Assembly: GCA_964404325.1 (NCBI GenBank)
Contig: CAYOJQ010000003.1
Coordinates: 64,857-128,856 of the forward strand
DNA: 64,000 nt
Direction of reading: 5' to 3'
Origin: an uncultured Oligoflexales bacterium
Lineage (GTDB): Bacteria; Bdellovibrionota_B; Oligoflexia; Oligoflexales; Oligoflexaceae
This document shows, piece by piece, positions 49,306 to 58,668 of the stretch; position 1 is the stretch's first letter; each line of letters begins with the position of its first letter. The notes beneath the pieces were generated by a model, which did no database searches, was not told the DNA's origin, and worked only from the letters and a program-made list of their open reading frames with translations. The translations under genes and the position numbers were made by a program.

Positions 49306-50691
49306 CTAAAGAATCGGTGTCAGAAGGCGCGATAAACGACGTTGAAAATGCACTAAGAGCGGATCCTTTAGAAACGTTTCTTCAAACACTTCGTGGCTTA
49401 ATTCCATATCTCGCAGCAGCATGTTTTCAGCCTCGCTGGCGAGCTTCGCATCGTCCACCAAAGCTGTGATTTCAAAATTTACCTCGAGAGAACGCACATC
49501 AAAGTTCGCGCTTCCCACGCTGGTATAACGATCATCAACCAACACCACCTTCTGATGCATAAAGCCACCGTGGTAGCGCCAGACACGCACGTTCCAAATC
49601 ACCATTTCGGGAAGGTAGGATTCGGATGCGCGATTAGACAGCCAGTTATCCGATATTCCCGACACGATCAGGCGCACGTCAACGCCACGAAATGCCGCTA
49701 ACTGTAACTGTGCAATGATCACCGGGCCGGGAACAAAATAAGGGACACTGATCCAGATGCGTTTTTTCGCTTGATTGATGAGGTAGCTAAAAAACATCGC
49801 GCACGTATCGCCAAGGTCTGCTGGTCCAGACGGCAGGAAGACTACTTTTTGGTTCTCTGGTTGCGCGGGTGGAATGCGCCACGAGATGTCGGGAATTTCG
49901 CCGCAGGTCCAATACCAATCTTCAGCAAAAACCAACTGCGCGGATGTGACGGCTGGGCCAATGATTTCGATATGCGTGTCACGCCACCGGCCGAGAAGTG
50001 GGTTTTCGCCCAGGTATTCATTGCCGATATTGTGGCCACCGATGTAGGCGCGTTCACCGTCCACGACAACGATCTTGCGATGATTGCGAAAATTCGCCTG
50101 AATGCGATTGCGCCAGGATTTTGTGGACTTGAAAGAAGCGACATGAACGCCACCCGAGCGAAGCTCCTCAATGTAGGTTTGCGGTAAATCGTGACCACCC
50201 AACGCATCGAATAACATCCATACTTTCACGCCGCGCGCGGATGCATTCAAAAGACTTTCTTTCACATGTTGGCCGAGGCGATCGGCTCGCACCAAATAGA
50301 ATTGCACCATGACGTGGCGGCGCGCTTCCTGGATGGTCTCCAGAATGCGTGCGAAGGTGGCCTCGCCATCAATAAGAAGACGCGTCGCGTTACCGTGTAG
50401 AACCGGCAGGCCGCCCATATTTGCCACTGTCGCCATGGTCTTACTAATATGTTCTGGTTCATAACGGGCGGCTTCGAGGGAAGCGGCGGCGAGCTCCGCC
50501 TGGAAATTTTGGTGCTTAATGCGGCGCGCTCTTACGTATCCTTTAAACTTATTGTGCCCAAAGACTATGTAGAGTGGCAGTGCGACATAAGGGAGTGCGA
50601 TGAGAGAAACAGCCCACGCGATCGCGCCTTGAGCCGTTCGCGTTTTCATAATAGCGATCAAAGCGGCTACAAGTCCGGCGGTATGGATCAA
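49306..50691 (-). CDS. cls: Cardiolipin synthase (PLD superfamily, two HKD motifs)
   Basis: N-terminal TM helices, HKD 1 NHRKIVVVDGERAYIGGHNIG and HKD 2 FMHQKVVLVDDRYTSVGSANFD. TTG start as in the track, but the start is uncertain. Confidence 0.9.
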   Translation of the reverse strand: MIHTAGLVAALIAIMKTRTAQGAIAWAVSLIALPYVALPLYIVFGHNKFKGYVRARRIKHQNFQAELAAASLEAARYEPEHISKTMATVANMGGLPVLHGNATRLLIDGEATFARILETIQEARRHVMVQFYLVRADRLGQHVKESLLNASARGVKVWMLFDALGGHDLPQTYIEELRSGGVHVASFKSTKSWRNRIQANFRNHRKIVVVDGERAYIGGHNIGNEYLGENPLLGRWRDTHIEIIGPAVTSAQLVFAEDWYWTCGEIPDISWRIPPAQPENQKVVFLPSGPADLGDTCAMFFSYLINQAKKRIWISVPYFVPGPVIIAQLQLAAFRGVDVRLIVSGISDNWLSNRASESYLPEMVIWNVRVWRYHGGFMHQKVVLVDDRYTSVGSANFDVRSLEVNFEITALVDDAKLASEAENMLLRDMELSHEVFEETFLKDPLLVHFQRRLSRLLTPIL

Positions 50692-50932
50692 TATGATCAG
50701 TAGCGTAACCGTATGTTTCCCCCCTCCAGCACCGCGGCATAAAGTCAGACTCAGAAAGTTTGGAGCAAAATTCTCACCAAAATGCGCTGCCCGAGTAAAA
50801 GATTTCGTGAGATGGCGCGTGGCAATCTGCTGAAATAAGGGGGTTAATTAAAAATCCTTATGTTTTCACCAACTCGTGACGATAAGAAAATTGATCTCAT
50901 TTAAACCCATAAGTCCTTACCAAGGTGGCTAC

Positions 50933-52234
50933 ATGAAAAATGTCCGCTTTTATTGGCATGCGTCGATTGGCGTTCTTTCGCTGTCGTCACTTGTCGCCTG
51001 CAACACAAGTACCTATAAAGCCGACCGTAGCTTCACGAGTTCCAAAGAAGAAGCTTTGAACCAACAGGCGTTCAAGAATTCCGCCAACTCCCTTGCGCCT
51101 CCGTCAGAGACCATCCCCGGTGGGGGTGATGGAAGTAACGGGTCCGGTGGGCCTGGCGGCGCTGGTGGATCCGGTGGCTCATCGGGAAATCCGGGGGGTG
51201 CTGGCGGATCAGGGACCTCGGGTAATGGTTCGAGTGGCGACTCTGGTGAACGCGGCAACGTTCCGTCCGGAGCGTTTGGAACACAACTGCTTTGTAGTAA
51301 CAACGTTTCCCAAAAGACGGGCACATACCTTGTGAAAGCACAGGGCATTAGCGTCAAAGCGTATCAAGGAACATCCTCCGTGGTGCTCTTTGAGAACTTG
51401 GATTTGGCGACCGCCTACAACTTAAAAAGCAGTGTTCTCAACGGCACCGCAAATCTTTCTCTTCAACTGAAAGACGGTTCTTATCACATCGTCTTCTGTG
51501 ACGTGGGCATGCATTCGTCTTGTCAGGCGGATAGTAATTTCTTGACGCGTGCTGGATCAGCAACGTCAGATGCAATTCTTAACTATGCGACAACTGGTAT
51601 GTTGGGCGTGGCTCCCAATACAGTTATCTCTGGTGGAAAAATTACCTCCGGTAAGGCTTATGTCTTGCGCGACAAAAACGACTCGAGCGGTGGTGTGCAA
51701 GGTGGATGCGATGAAGTGCGTTCGCCACTTGTCGTCGATGTGAGCGGTGCGGGCATTGAGCTCAGCTCTCCCGCGGAAGGCGTTGAGTTTGATATCAGCG
51801 GCAGCGGTGTAAAGCATCGCATCTCTTGGCCGCTACAAGCAACGACGGCCTTTCTCGCGCTTGATCGTGATGGCAACGGTAACATTGACTCCGTGCATGA
51901 ACTGTTCGGTGATCGTACCATCGGTCCAGATGGGCAGCCTGCCGCAAACGGCTTTGAGGCCCTGAGAAAGTACGATGCGAACGGTGACGGCTGGATCGAT
52001 GAAAAAGATGCGATCTATGCGAAGCTCGTTCTGTGGTTCGATCGCGACCGCGATGGACGCGTATCCGAGGGCGAACTTCAGTCCCTCAGTGAAGCGAAGC
52101 TTCTCGGTATCGACTTGAGTTATAAGTCAGGCTTCGAACAAGATATCTATGGCAACCAGACCCGCGAACGCTCGGTGGCCGAGTTTGCCGACGGTGTCTT
52201 GCGCACCATCTTCGATATCTGGTTTAAGATTTAA
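50933..52234 (+). CDS. Lipoprotein with a G/S-rich tether and C-terminal EF-hand-like calcium-binding loops
   Basis: The ATG at 50933 follows AAGGTGG. Lipobox SSLVAC, then GGGDGSNGSGGPGGAGGSGGSSGNPGGAGGSGTSGNGSSGDSG. There are three DxDxDG-type loops (DRDGNGNID, DANGDGWID, DRDRDGRVS). Confidence 0.6.
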   Translation: MKNVRFYWHASIGVLSLSSLVACNTSTYKADRSFTSSKEEALNQQAFKNSANSLAPPSETIPGGGDGSNGSGGPGGAGGSGGSSGNPGGAGGSGTSGNGSSGDSGERGNVPSGAFGTQLLCSNNVSQKTGTYLVKAQGISVKAYQGTSSVVLFENLDLATAYNLKSSVLNGTANLSLQLKDGSYHIVFCDVGMHSSCQADSNFLTRAGSATSDAILNYATTGMLGVAPNTVISGGKITSGKAYVLRDKNDSSGGVQGGCDEVRSPLVVDVSGAGIELSSPAEGVEFDISGSGVKHRISWPLQATTAFLALDRDGNGNIDSVHELFGDRTIGPDGQPAANGFEALRKYDANGDGWIDEKDAIYAKLVLWFDRDRDGRVSEGELQSLSEAKLLGIDLSYKSGFEQDIYGNQTRERSVAEFADGVLRTIFDIWFKI

Positions 52235-52251
52235 TGTCGTGTGTGACACAA

Positions 52252-52276
52252 GGGGCTGCTACGGCAGCCCCTTTTT
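52252..52276 (+). terminator. Rho-independent terminator
   Basis: ggggctgc tacg gcagcccc followed by TTTTT. Confidence 0.85.
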
Positions 52277-52396
52277 GCATTTCATGGAACTTACTCTAAA
52301 GTCAGCATCCTTTTCTTAATTCTTCTCCCTAACAACCGAATCTCTTCCGTAGCGATGTGGGACATTTTTACCCGCACGTATTTTTTCGAGGCAAGG

Positions 52397-53554
52397 ATGA
52401 GATCGCGGTTCAAAAGAATTCTCTGGGGACTCGCTCTTTGCGTTTCTTCAACGTCTTTCGCTGAAGACGCAGCACCCGGTTTTGTTCCCACGATTTCCTA
52501 CAAGGGCGACTATTTTACGGTGACGCATGGCGGTATTGAACGAAAGGGATCTTACCTTGGTATCGCTAATCTCACTCTGAGCGCGGATGCGGAAAAATTA
52601 TGGGGCGTTTCTGGTCTGAGTTTTTGGGCCCATTTTCTTTTAACACACGGTGACGATCCCAATGACTTTGTCGGCTCCTTACACGGCATTGACAATATTG
52701 CCGCTGATCCGAATGGCAAACTTCATGATGCATGGGTGAACTGGTCTTCATCGGAAGAGTTCTTCGCCGTGCTCTTGGGTATTTACGACATTAATACTGA
52801 ATTTGACGCGAAAAAATTTGGCGGTGTTTTTATCAATCCGTCCCATGGCATCGGCGTTGATATCAGCCAGAGCGGAATGAATGGTCCCGCTATTTTTCCA
52901 ACACCAGGACTAGGCACGCGCTTCAAATTTAAAGCTGATAACTTTTATCTTCAAACGGCATTTCTTGAGGGAACGCCGGGAGACCCCAATTATCCGCGTG
53001 GCACGCATCTCCGTCTTGACGACAAAGAAGGCGTTCTAACGGTGTATGAAGCAGGCATTCAGCAGGAAGGAAATAACGCTCCTTACACAAAGGTCGCGGT
53101 GGGAGGATGGGCGTATTCAACAGCAATTCCCTCCGTGGATGGTGGACCGGACGAGCGGAACCGCGGCTTCTATTTCTTTGCGGAGCGCATGCTCTTTTCG
53201 GAAGGAAGCGGCGATCAAGGGCTTGGCGCCTACATCCGTTACGGCACGGCGGAAAAAACGCTGAACCAAGTGGAAACATTTTATGGCGGCGCTCTGCATT
53301 ATACGGGAGCGATCCCGACGCGTGATGCGGACGTTCTCGCCTTCGGTGTGGCTGTTGCCGAAAACAGCCCGGAGTATCTGAAATTGGTGCCCACAGCGGA
53401 AAAAAGAGAAACGAACTACGAACTCACTTACAAGGCCATCGTAACGGATTGGTTCAGCCTTCAGTTCGATGTGCAGCGCATTCAGAACCCAGCCACCGAT
53501 CCCACTTTAGATGATGCGACCGTTATCGGTTTACGCACGGAACTGTCGTTCTAA
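52397..53554 (+). CDS. Outer-membrane porin, possibly the OprB carbohydrate-porin family
   Basis: Signal peptide MRSRFKRILWGLALCVSSTSFA, beta-strand periodicity, and a C-terminal LRTELSF (terminal Phe). The OprB call is from overall resemblance only, and the start is uncertain (52355 or 52397). Confidence 0.45.
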   Translation: MRSRFKRILWGLALCVSSTSFAEDAAPGFVPTISYKGDYFTVTHGGIERKGSYLGIANLTLSADAEKLWGVSGLSFWAHFLLTHGDDPNDFVGSLHGIDNIAADPNGKLHDAWVNWSSSEEFFAVLLGIYDINTEFDAKKFGGVFINPSHGIGVDISQSGMNGPAIFPTPGLGTRFKFKADNFYLQTAFLEGTPGDPNYPRGTHLRLDDKEGVLTVYEAGIQQEGNNAPYTKVAVGGWAYSTAIPSVDGGPDERNRGFYFFAERMLFSEGSGDQGLGAYIRYGTAEKTLNQVETFYGGALHYTGAIPTRDADVLAFGVAVAENSPEYLKLVPTAEKRETNYELTYKAIVTDWFSLQFDVQRIQNPATDPTLDDATVIGLRTELSF

Positions 53555-53562
53555 AAAGAAAA

Positions 53563-53578
53563 GGGGCCAAAAGGCCCC
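53563..53578. terminator. GC hairpin between convergent genes. The U-tract is on the minus strand, so it serves the ABC-F gene.
   Basis: ggggcc aaaa ggcccc, with TTTTCTTTTT on the minus strand. Confidence 0.6.
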
Positions 53579-53581
53579 CTC

Positions 53582-53606
53582 GTCACTCTGAGCGAAGCGA
53601 AGAGTC
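53582..53606. repeat. Diverged copy of the GTCATCCTGAGCG-AGCGAAGGATC motif
   Basis: gtcactctgagcgaagcgaagagtc abuts the ABC-F stop codon. Confidence 0.6.
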
Positions 53607-55234
53607 TACGGTTGCTTTCGTTCCAAGTACTCGTCGTAGTTGCCTTCGTAGACCCGCATCTCACCATCACGAATCTCGAATACACGGTTCACGATTTGAC
53701 GCAAAAAGTGGCGATCGTGACTTACGACAAGCACGGTACCCTCAAAATTCTGCACGGCCTTCAGCAATATCTCGCGAGATTCGATATCGATATGGTTTGT
53801 GGGCTCGTCAAGAATCAAGAGATTTAGGGGCTGCGCAAGGATTAAGGCTAAGAGCACGCGACTACGCTCGCCGCCAGACAAAACGGAGATTCTTTTTTCA
53901 ACGTCGTCACCGCTAAAGAGGAAGGCACCGAGAAGGTTGCGCACGAATCCCACCGAAGCTTCGGGAAGGCGGCTAGATACTTCTTCAAAGACGGTTTTCT
54001 TTGGATCCAGGGTGTCCAAAGCGTGCTGGCTAAAGTAGCCGATGCTGACGTTCGCGCCGACGGTGAGGGTTCCGGAAGTGGGAGCTGTCTCACCAACGAT
54101 GGTTTTTAAGAGAGTCGATTTTCCCGCGCCGTTCACACCTGTCACGGCAATCTTATTGAGACGCTGCACAACACCAGAGACGCCACGGAAGACCTGTTTC
54201 GCGCTGCCGTCATCGCGCTGCCACGACTTACTCACACTTTCAAAACGAACAACATCGTTACCGCTACGAGGCGGCTTGGCGAACTCAAAATCAATTGTTT
54301 TTGCTTCAGCTGGGATCTCAATGCGCTCAATCTTGTCGAGCTTCTTGACGCGTGATTGCACCTGCGCCGCGTGAGAAGCGCGGGCCGCGAATTTGGCGAT
54401 AAACTCCTCTTCCTTCGAAAGCATTTCCTGCTGACGTCGATGCGCCGCGAGCAGCTGTTCGCGACGAACCTCGCGCTCACGAATATAGAATTCGTAATTA
54501 CCGGCGTAGACTGTGATCTGTTTGTTCGCTATCTCGACAATACGGTTCACAAGGCGATTCATAAACTCGCGGTCGTGACTTGTCATCACGATGCCGCCCT
54601 TGAATCCGCGCAACCACTCCTCAAGCCACAAAATGGATTCGATGTCCAAGTGGTTCGTGGGCTCGTCGAGAAGCAACACATCGGGTTGCATCACGAGAAT
54701 GCGGGCGAGGGCGATACGCATTTTCCAACCGCCGCTGAATTGCTCGACGGGGCGATCATAATCGGCGGGGCCAATGCCAAGACCGGTGAGCACGGCTTTC
54801 GCGCGCGCTTCCAGATCGTAGCCATCCAACTGCTGGAATTCCATCTGGGCGTCGCCATATCGTTCCATCAGAGGACCGAATTCATCATCAGGAATTGGGT
54901 TGGCTTCACTGTTGGCCAGCCGTTCTTCCACCTCTTGAATGAATTTTGCGAGCTCGGACACACGTCCCGCGCCAGCCATCACTTCCGCAAGGGCTGAACG
55001 ACCACGCATGTCACCGACGTCCTGAGAAAAGTACCCCACCTTAACGTTTGGCTGGATCACGATGGTGCCACTTTCGGGCGTGTCCTCTCCCATAATAAGG
55101 CGGAAGATCGTCGTCTTACCGGCACCGTTAGGGCCGACCAAGCCGATGCGATCTTCTTGTCGCACGAGAAAGGATGCGTTTTCGTAAAGGACACGTTGGC
55201 CCTGGCGTTTCGTAAGGTTCGTTAAATGGATCAT
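53606..55234 (-). CDS. ABC-F family ATPase (two ABC domains, no TM domain; YbiT/Uup-like translation factor class)
   Basis: Two Walker A sites (GPNGAGKTT, GVNGAGKST), two signature motifs (FSGGWKMR, LSGGERSR) and two Walker B sites (LLLDEPTNHLD, LILDEPTNHID). Confidence 0.9.
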   Translation of the reverse strand: MIHLTNLTKRQGQRVLYENASFLVRQEDRIGLVGPNGAGKTTIFRLIMGEDTPESGTIVIQPNVKVGYFSQDVGDMRGRSALAEVMAGAGRVSELAKFIQEVEERLANSEANPIPDDEFGPLMERYGDAQMEFQQLDGYDLEARAKAVLTGLGIGPADYDRPVEQFSGGWKMRIALARILVMQPDVLLLDEPTNHLDIESILWLEEWLRGFKGGIVMTSHDREFMNRLVNRIVEIANKQITVYAGNYEFYIREREVRREQLLAAHRRQQEMLSKEEEFIAKFAARASHAAQVQSRVKKLDKIERIEIPAEAKTIDFEFAKPPRSGNDVVRFESVSKSWQRDDGSAKQVFRGVSGVVQRLNKIAVTGVNGAGKSTLLKTIVGETAPTSGTLTVGANVSIGYFSQHALDTLDPKKTVFEEVSSRLPEASVGFVRNLLGAFLFSGDDVEKRISVLSGGERSRVLLALILAQPLNLLILDEPTNHIDIESREILLKAVQNFEGTVLVVSHDRHFLRQIVNRVFEIRDGEMRVYEGNYDEYLERKQP

Positions 55235-55329
55235 GGATTCTTTTCGTGTGTCGCTTCGAGTCGCGAAGACTTAGCCGTCTTGCGATAACCGTTGGTTAAG
55301 ACAATCTGTCAAAGGTCCCGTTTTTAGCA

Positions 55330-55665
55330 TTAACCAACCGCTTTCACAACCGGAAGCCCCGCCGCCTCCCACGCGTTCAAGCCGCCTTCCACGTTGTAAA
55401 CACAGAGAAATCCCTCATCGTAGAGAAGTTGAGCGGCGCGTAGGGAGCGGCGCCCGGACCGACACATCATGTAAAGCTCCGTTCGCTTATCATAATGTTG
55501 GGTCACCTGGCTCGGCGCGAAGGTGCTGAGGGGCAAGTTCTCGGAGAGGGGGGAAGCCATTTCCGCGAATTCGTCCGATTCGCGAACATCGATGACGGTT
55601 ATACCCCCCGACTCCTGCTGCAGGCGAAAGAGATCTGTGGGCGAAATGGTTTTGATATGTTTCAT
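55330..55665 (-). CDS. Single-domain rhodanese-like sulfurtransferase
   Basis: The ATG at 55665 gives MKHIKTISPTDL...VIDVRESDEF, and the active-site loop is CRSGRRS. It is divergent from the sulfur operon. Confidence 0.8.
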   Translation of the reverse strand: MKHIKTISPTDLFRLQQESGGITVIDVRESDEFAEMASPLSENLPLSTFAPSQVTQHYDKRTELYMMCRSGRRSLRAAQLLYDEGFLCVYNVEGGLNAWEAAGLPVVKAVG

Positions 55666-55897
55666 GTTGAACCTCTTCCATTGTTTCAGCGTTGATATTT
55701 CAAGCTGCATGCCAACGCGTCTTTTCTAAAAACAACTTTAATTACAGTGGCTTCTCTTATGTGTCTCACCTCGTCTCTCGAGTGCGTTTCAAATTGGTTT
55801 AACATTGTCTCAGCGATATGAAACAATCGATGCGGGCGCGTTTTGTCCTGGTTTTGTAACGCTCCGATCTTCTACGGAAAGATCGGAAAAACAGAAA

Positions 55898-55913
55898 TGG
55901 TACAGACGGTGCA
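55898..55913 (+). promoter_or_regulatory. Sigma-54 (-24/-12) promoter candidate upstream of the YeeE-like gene
   Basis: TGGTACAGACGGTGCA aligns with the consensus TGGCACG-N4-TTGCA with correct GG/GC spacing. It lies 33 nt before the ATG at 55946, and the operon itself encodes a sigma-54 activator. Confidence 0.6.
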
Positions 55914-55945
55914 ATGAGGGCTGAGCGTGATGAGGAGGAATTTAT

Positions 55946-56374
55946 ATGGATGTTGCGCAATTTATTCCACCGCTGGTGGGTGGCGTGATGATTGGTTTGT
56001 CGGCTTCACTCTTACTGTTGTTCGAAGGACGTGTCTTCGGCATCAGCGGAATTCTAGCGGGCGTCATTGATGCAAAGGCCGGTGAAACCAGCTGGCGCGT
56101 GGGAGCGTTGCTCGGCTTGATTGTGGCCGGTGTGCTGCTCGCGTTCTTTTATCCAGCAACCATGGTGCTTCCCGTTGGCGATGGCGTTTGGCGTTATGTT
56201 GCGGCTGGTTTGCTCGTCGGATTTGGAACACGTCTCGGCGGTGGTTGCACGAGTGGTCATGGTGTGTGCGGCATCAGTCGTTTCTCCATGAGATCCATTA
56301 TCGCGACGATGACGTTTATTCTCGCCGGCGTTTTGATGGTCACTCTTCTTCGTGCTGTAGGAGTCTCGCCGTGA
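55946..56374 (+). CDS. YeeE/YedE-family sulfur-compound transport membrane protein (half-size)
   Basis: GFGTRLGGGCTSGHGVCGISR is the conserved Cys motif of the family. 4 TM helices. Confidence 0.8.
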   Translation: MDVAQFIPPLVGGVMIGLSASLLLLFEGRVFGISGILAGVIDAKAGETSWRVGALLGLIVAGVLLAFFYPATMVLPVGDGVWRYVAAGLLVGFGTRLGGGCTSGHGVCGISRFSMRSIIATMTFILAGVLMVTLLRAVGVSP

Positions 56375-56799
56375 AAAGTATGGTTGCCTCTTTCTTGATT
56401 GCATTGTTGTTTGGATTAGGCCTTGGCGTGGCGGGAATGACCATGCCGTCAAAGATTATCGGATTTCTAGATGTCACGGGAAATTGGGATCCAAGTCTTC
56501 TCTTTGTCATGATCGGAGCGATCGCGGTGCATGCGATTTCATTTCGTCTGATAGCGAAAAGATCGAGTCCCATCTTTGCAACTAAATTATATCTTCCGAC
56601 CCGTCATGACATTGATAGAGATCTAGTGTTCGGCGCGCTGATCTTTGGCTTGGGCTGGGGACTGGGTGGCTTTTGTCCCGGCCCCGCGATCGTGGCGTCC
56701 GTTACCGGTAAATCCAGCGTCATCGTGTTTGTGGCGAGTATGATTGCCGGCATGTTTTTGTTTAATTTTTACAAAAAATGGCCCGTTTCCCGGAGGTAG
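56371..56799 (+). CDS. Second half-size YeeE/YedE-like membrane protein (DUF6691-like)
   Basis: The GTG at 56371 overlaps the upstream stop (or the ATG at 56380 is used). GWGLGGFCPGPAIV is the conserved motif of the partner half. The 203-aa track ORF is a 5' over-extension. Confidence 0.7.
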   Translation: MKSMVASFLIALLFGLGLGVAGMTMPSKIIGFLDVTGNWDPSLLFVMIGAIAVHAISFRLIAKRSSPIFATKLYLPTRHDIDRDLVFGALIFGLGWGLGGFCPGPAIVASVTGKSSVIVFVASMIAGMFLFNFYKKWPVSRR

Positions 56800-56804
56800 T
56801 TGTT

Positions 56805-57686
56805 ATGGAAGTCAAAACGTTCTTCGATGATGCGACGTACACGTTGACTTATGTGGTTTACGACGCGGCAACAAAAGACGCGGTCATCATCGATCCTGTT
56901 TTGGATTTTGATCCAGCGGCTGTTAAGACGGACAACAAATCCATTGAAAAGCTCATGGCTTTTGTGCGGGAACATAATCTTAAAGTGCACTTCGTGCTCG
57001 AAACCCATGCCCACGCCGATCATCTTTCGGGCGCGCACGATCTTGTGACGGATTATCTCCCGAACGCAAGGATTGGCATTGGTGAACGTATTACCGTGGT
57101 GCAAAAGACGTTTAAGAATGTTTTTAACTTCCCCGCGTCTTTCCAGACGGATGGCAGCCAATTCGGTCGGCTGTTCGCGGACAATGAAGTGATAAAAGCC
57201 GGGTCCCTCGCGTTTAAGGTGCTTTTTACCCCGGGACATACACCCGCGTGCGTGAGTTACCTTTTTGATGACGCGGTATTCACCGGCGACGCGCTGTTTA
57301 TGCCGGATTATGGAACGGGGCGCTGTGACTTTCCCGCTGGGGACGCGAAGGCCTTGTTTCATTCCGTGGCGGAGCGTTTATATCGGCTGCCAGATAAGAC
57401 ACGCGTATTCGTGGGACATGACTATCAGCCCGGTGGTCGCAGCTTGGCCTTCGAGACGACCATCGGTGAATCAAAGAAGAAGAACATTCAGATTCGCGCG
57501 GAGACGAGTGAGAAAGAGTTTGTTGCCTTTCGTGAAAATCGTGATGCCACACTCGCCGCGCCGCGACTTCTGTTTCCGAGCGTGCAAGTCAACATCGCCG
57601 CGGGCGAATTTCCACCCGCGGAAGCTAACGGTAAGAGCTACCTCAAACTTCCGGTTAGTAGTTACAAGAAGGACAAGCGTCCATGA
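56805..57686 (+). CDS. MBL-fold metallohydrolase, persulfide dioxygenase (ETHE1/Blh-like)
   Basis: GGAGG RBS. ATYTLTYVVYD, the metal motif ETHAHADHLSG, TPGHTPACVSY and GDALFMPDYGTGRCDF are all typical of type II persulfide dioxygenases. Confidence 0.8.
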   Translation: MEVKTFFDDATYTLTYVVYDAATKDAVIIDPVLDFDPAAVKTDNKSIEKLMAFVREHNLKVHFVLETHAHADHLSGAHDLVTDYLPNARIGIGERITVVQKTFKNVFNFPASFQTDGSQFGRLFADNEVIKAGSLAFKVLFTPGHTPACVSYLFDDAVFTGDALFMPDYGTGRCDFPAGDAKALFHSVAERLYRLPDKTRVFVGHDYQPGGRSLAFETTIGESKKKNIQIRAETSEKEFVAFRENRDATLAAPRLLFPSVQVNIAAGEFPPAEANGKSYLKLPVSSYKKDKRP

Positions 57687-58651
57687 CGAAGCTTTACAAG
57701 CGTCCTGCGACACGTCCCGTGATTTTTCATGGGATGGTGACCGTCTCACCTAAAATGCAGGAATTCTTTCAGACAATTGAACGTGTCGCGAAGAGCGAGG
57801 CGAATGTTCTGGTGCGCGGAGAAACGGGGACCGGTAAGGAGCTTGTGGCGCGTGCCATTCATTCACTGAGCCTGCGCTCGAAAGGGCCGTTTCAGGCTCT
57901 CAATTGCGCCACGCTTACAGCGGAGTTGATGCAGTCGGAGTTATTTGGACACGTGAAAGGTGCGTTTACGGGAGCGACGAGTGATCGCAAGGGCTTGTTC
58001 GAAGCAGCGCACAACGGCACGTTGTTTCTCGACGAAATCGCGGAAATGCCGCTTGAGTTGCAGCCGCGTCTCTTACGGGTGCTTCAGGACAGGCAATTCA
58101 GTCCTGTCGGATCTTTTAAGCAGATCAAGGCCAATGTGCGTCTCGTTTCAGCGACCCATGAAGCTCTAAGGCGCCGCGTTGAGGCAGGGAAGTTTCGTGC
58201 GGATTTGATGTATCGCGTGCGTGTCGTGCCTGTTTTTCTGCCTCGTCTCGCCCAGCGGGGCGACGATATTGAAATTCTTTCTTGGCGCTTTATCGACGAG
58301 TTCAACAAACAAAAAGTGCGTGAGATTTCCGCCATGGACGCACGGGCGCGGGACGCCCTTCTGAGTTATGCGTGGCCGGGAAATATTCGCGAACTGCGCA
58401 ACAATATTGAACATGCTTTTGTGATGGGAGAGGGGCCTACGCTTCAGCTACAAGATCTCACGCCTGAAGTGCGTGGCGAGCCACCACCGGTTGTTCTTGA
58501 TAGTGGTGGCGTGAGTCTGCGCCAAGATGAAATCCAATCCATCCGCGATGCTTTGCGGCTTAGTGGTAATCGCAAGGGCGAGGCGGCGCAAAGACTCAGT
58601 ATGAGCCGGGCCACATTGTGGCGCAAAATCCGTGAGTACGGAATCGCCTAG
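57683..58651 (+). CDS. Sigma-54-dependent transcriptional activator consisting only of an AAA+ domain and an HTH domain (no N-terminal sensor/receiver)
   Basis: Walker [15 protein letters not shown] loop (HVKGAFTGA), Walker B LFLDEI, a [10 protein letters not shown] arginine-finger region, and a C-terminal Fis-type HTH ([21 protein letters not shown]). Only about 20 aa precede the AAA+ core. Its ATG overlaps the PDO stop (ATGA). Confidence 0.9.
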   Translation: MTKLYKRPATRPVIFHGMVTVSPKMQEFFQTIERVAKSEANVLVRGETGTGKELVARAIHSLSLRSKGPFQALNCATLTAELMQSELFGHVKGAFTGATSDRKGLFEAAHNGTLFLDEIAEMPLELQPRLLRVLQDRQFSPVGSFKQIKANVRLVSATHEALRRRVEAGKFRADLMYRVRVVPVFLPRLAQRGDDIEILSWRFIDEFNKQKVREISAMDARARDALLSYAWPGNIRELRNNIEHAFVMGEGPTLQLQDLTPEVRGEPPPVVLDSGGVSLRQDEIQSIRDALRLSGNRKGEAAQRLSMSRATLWRKIREYGIA

Positions 58652-58668
58652 CAAACACGGAGCATGTT

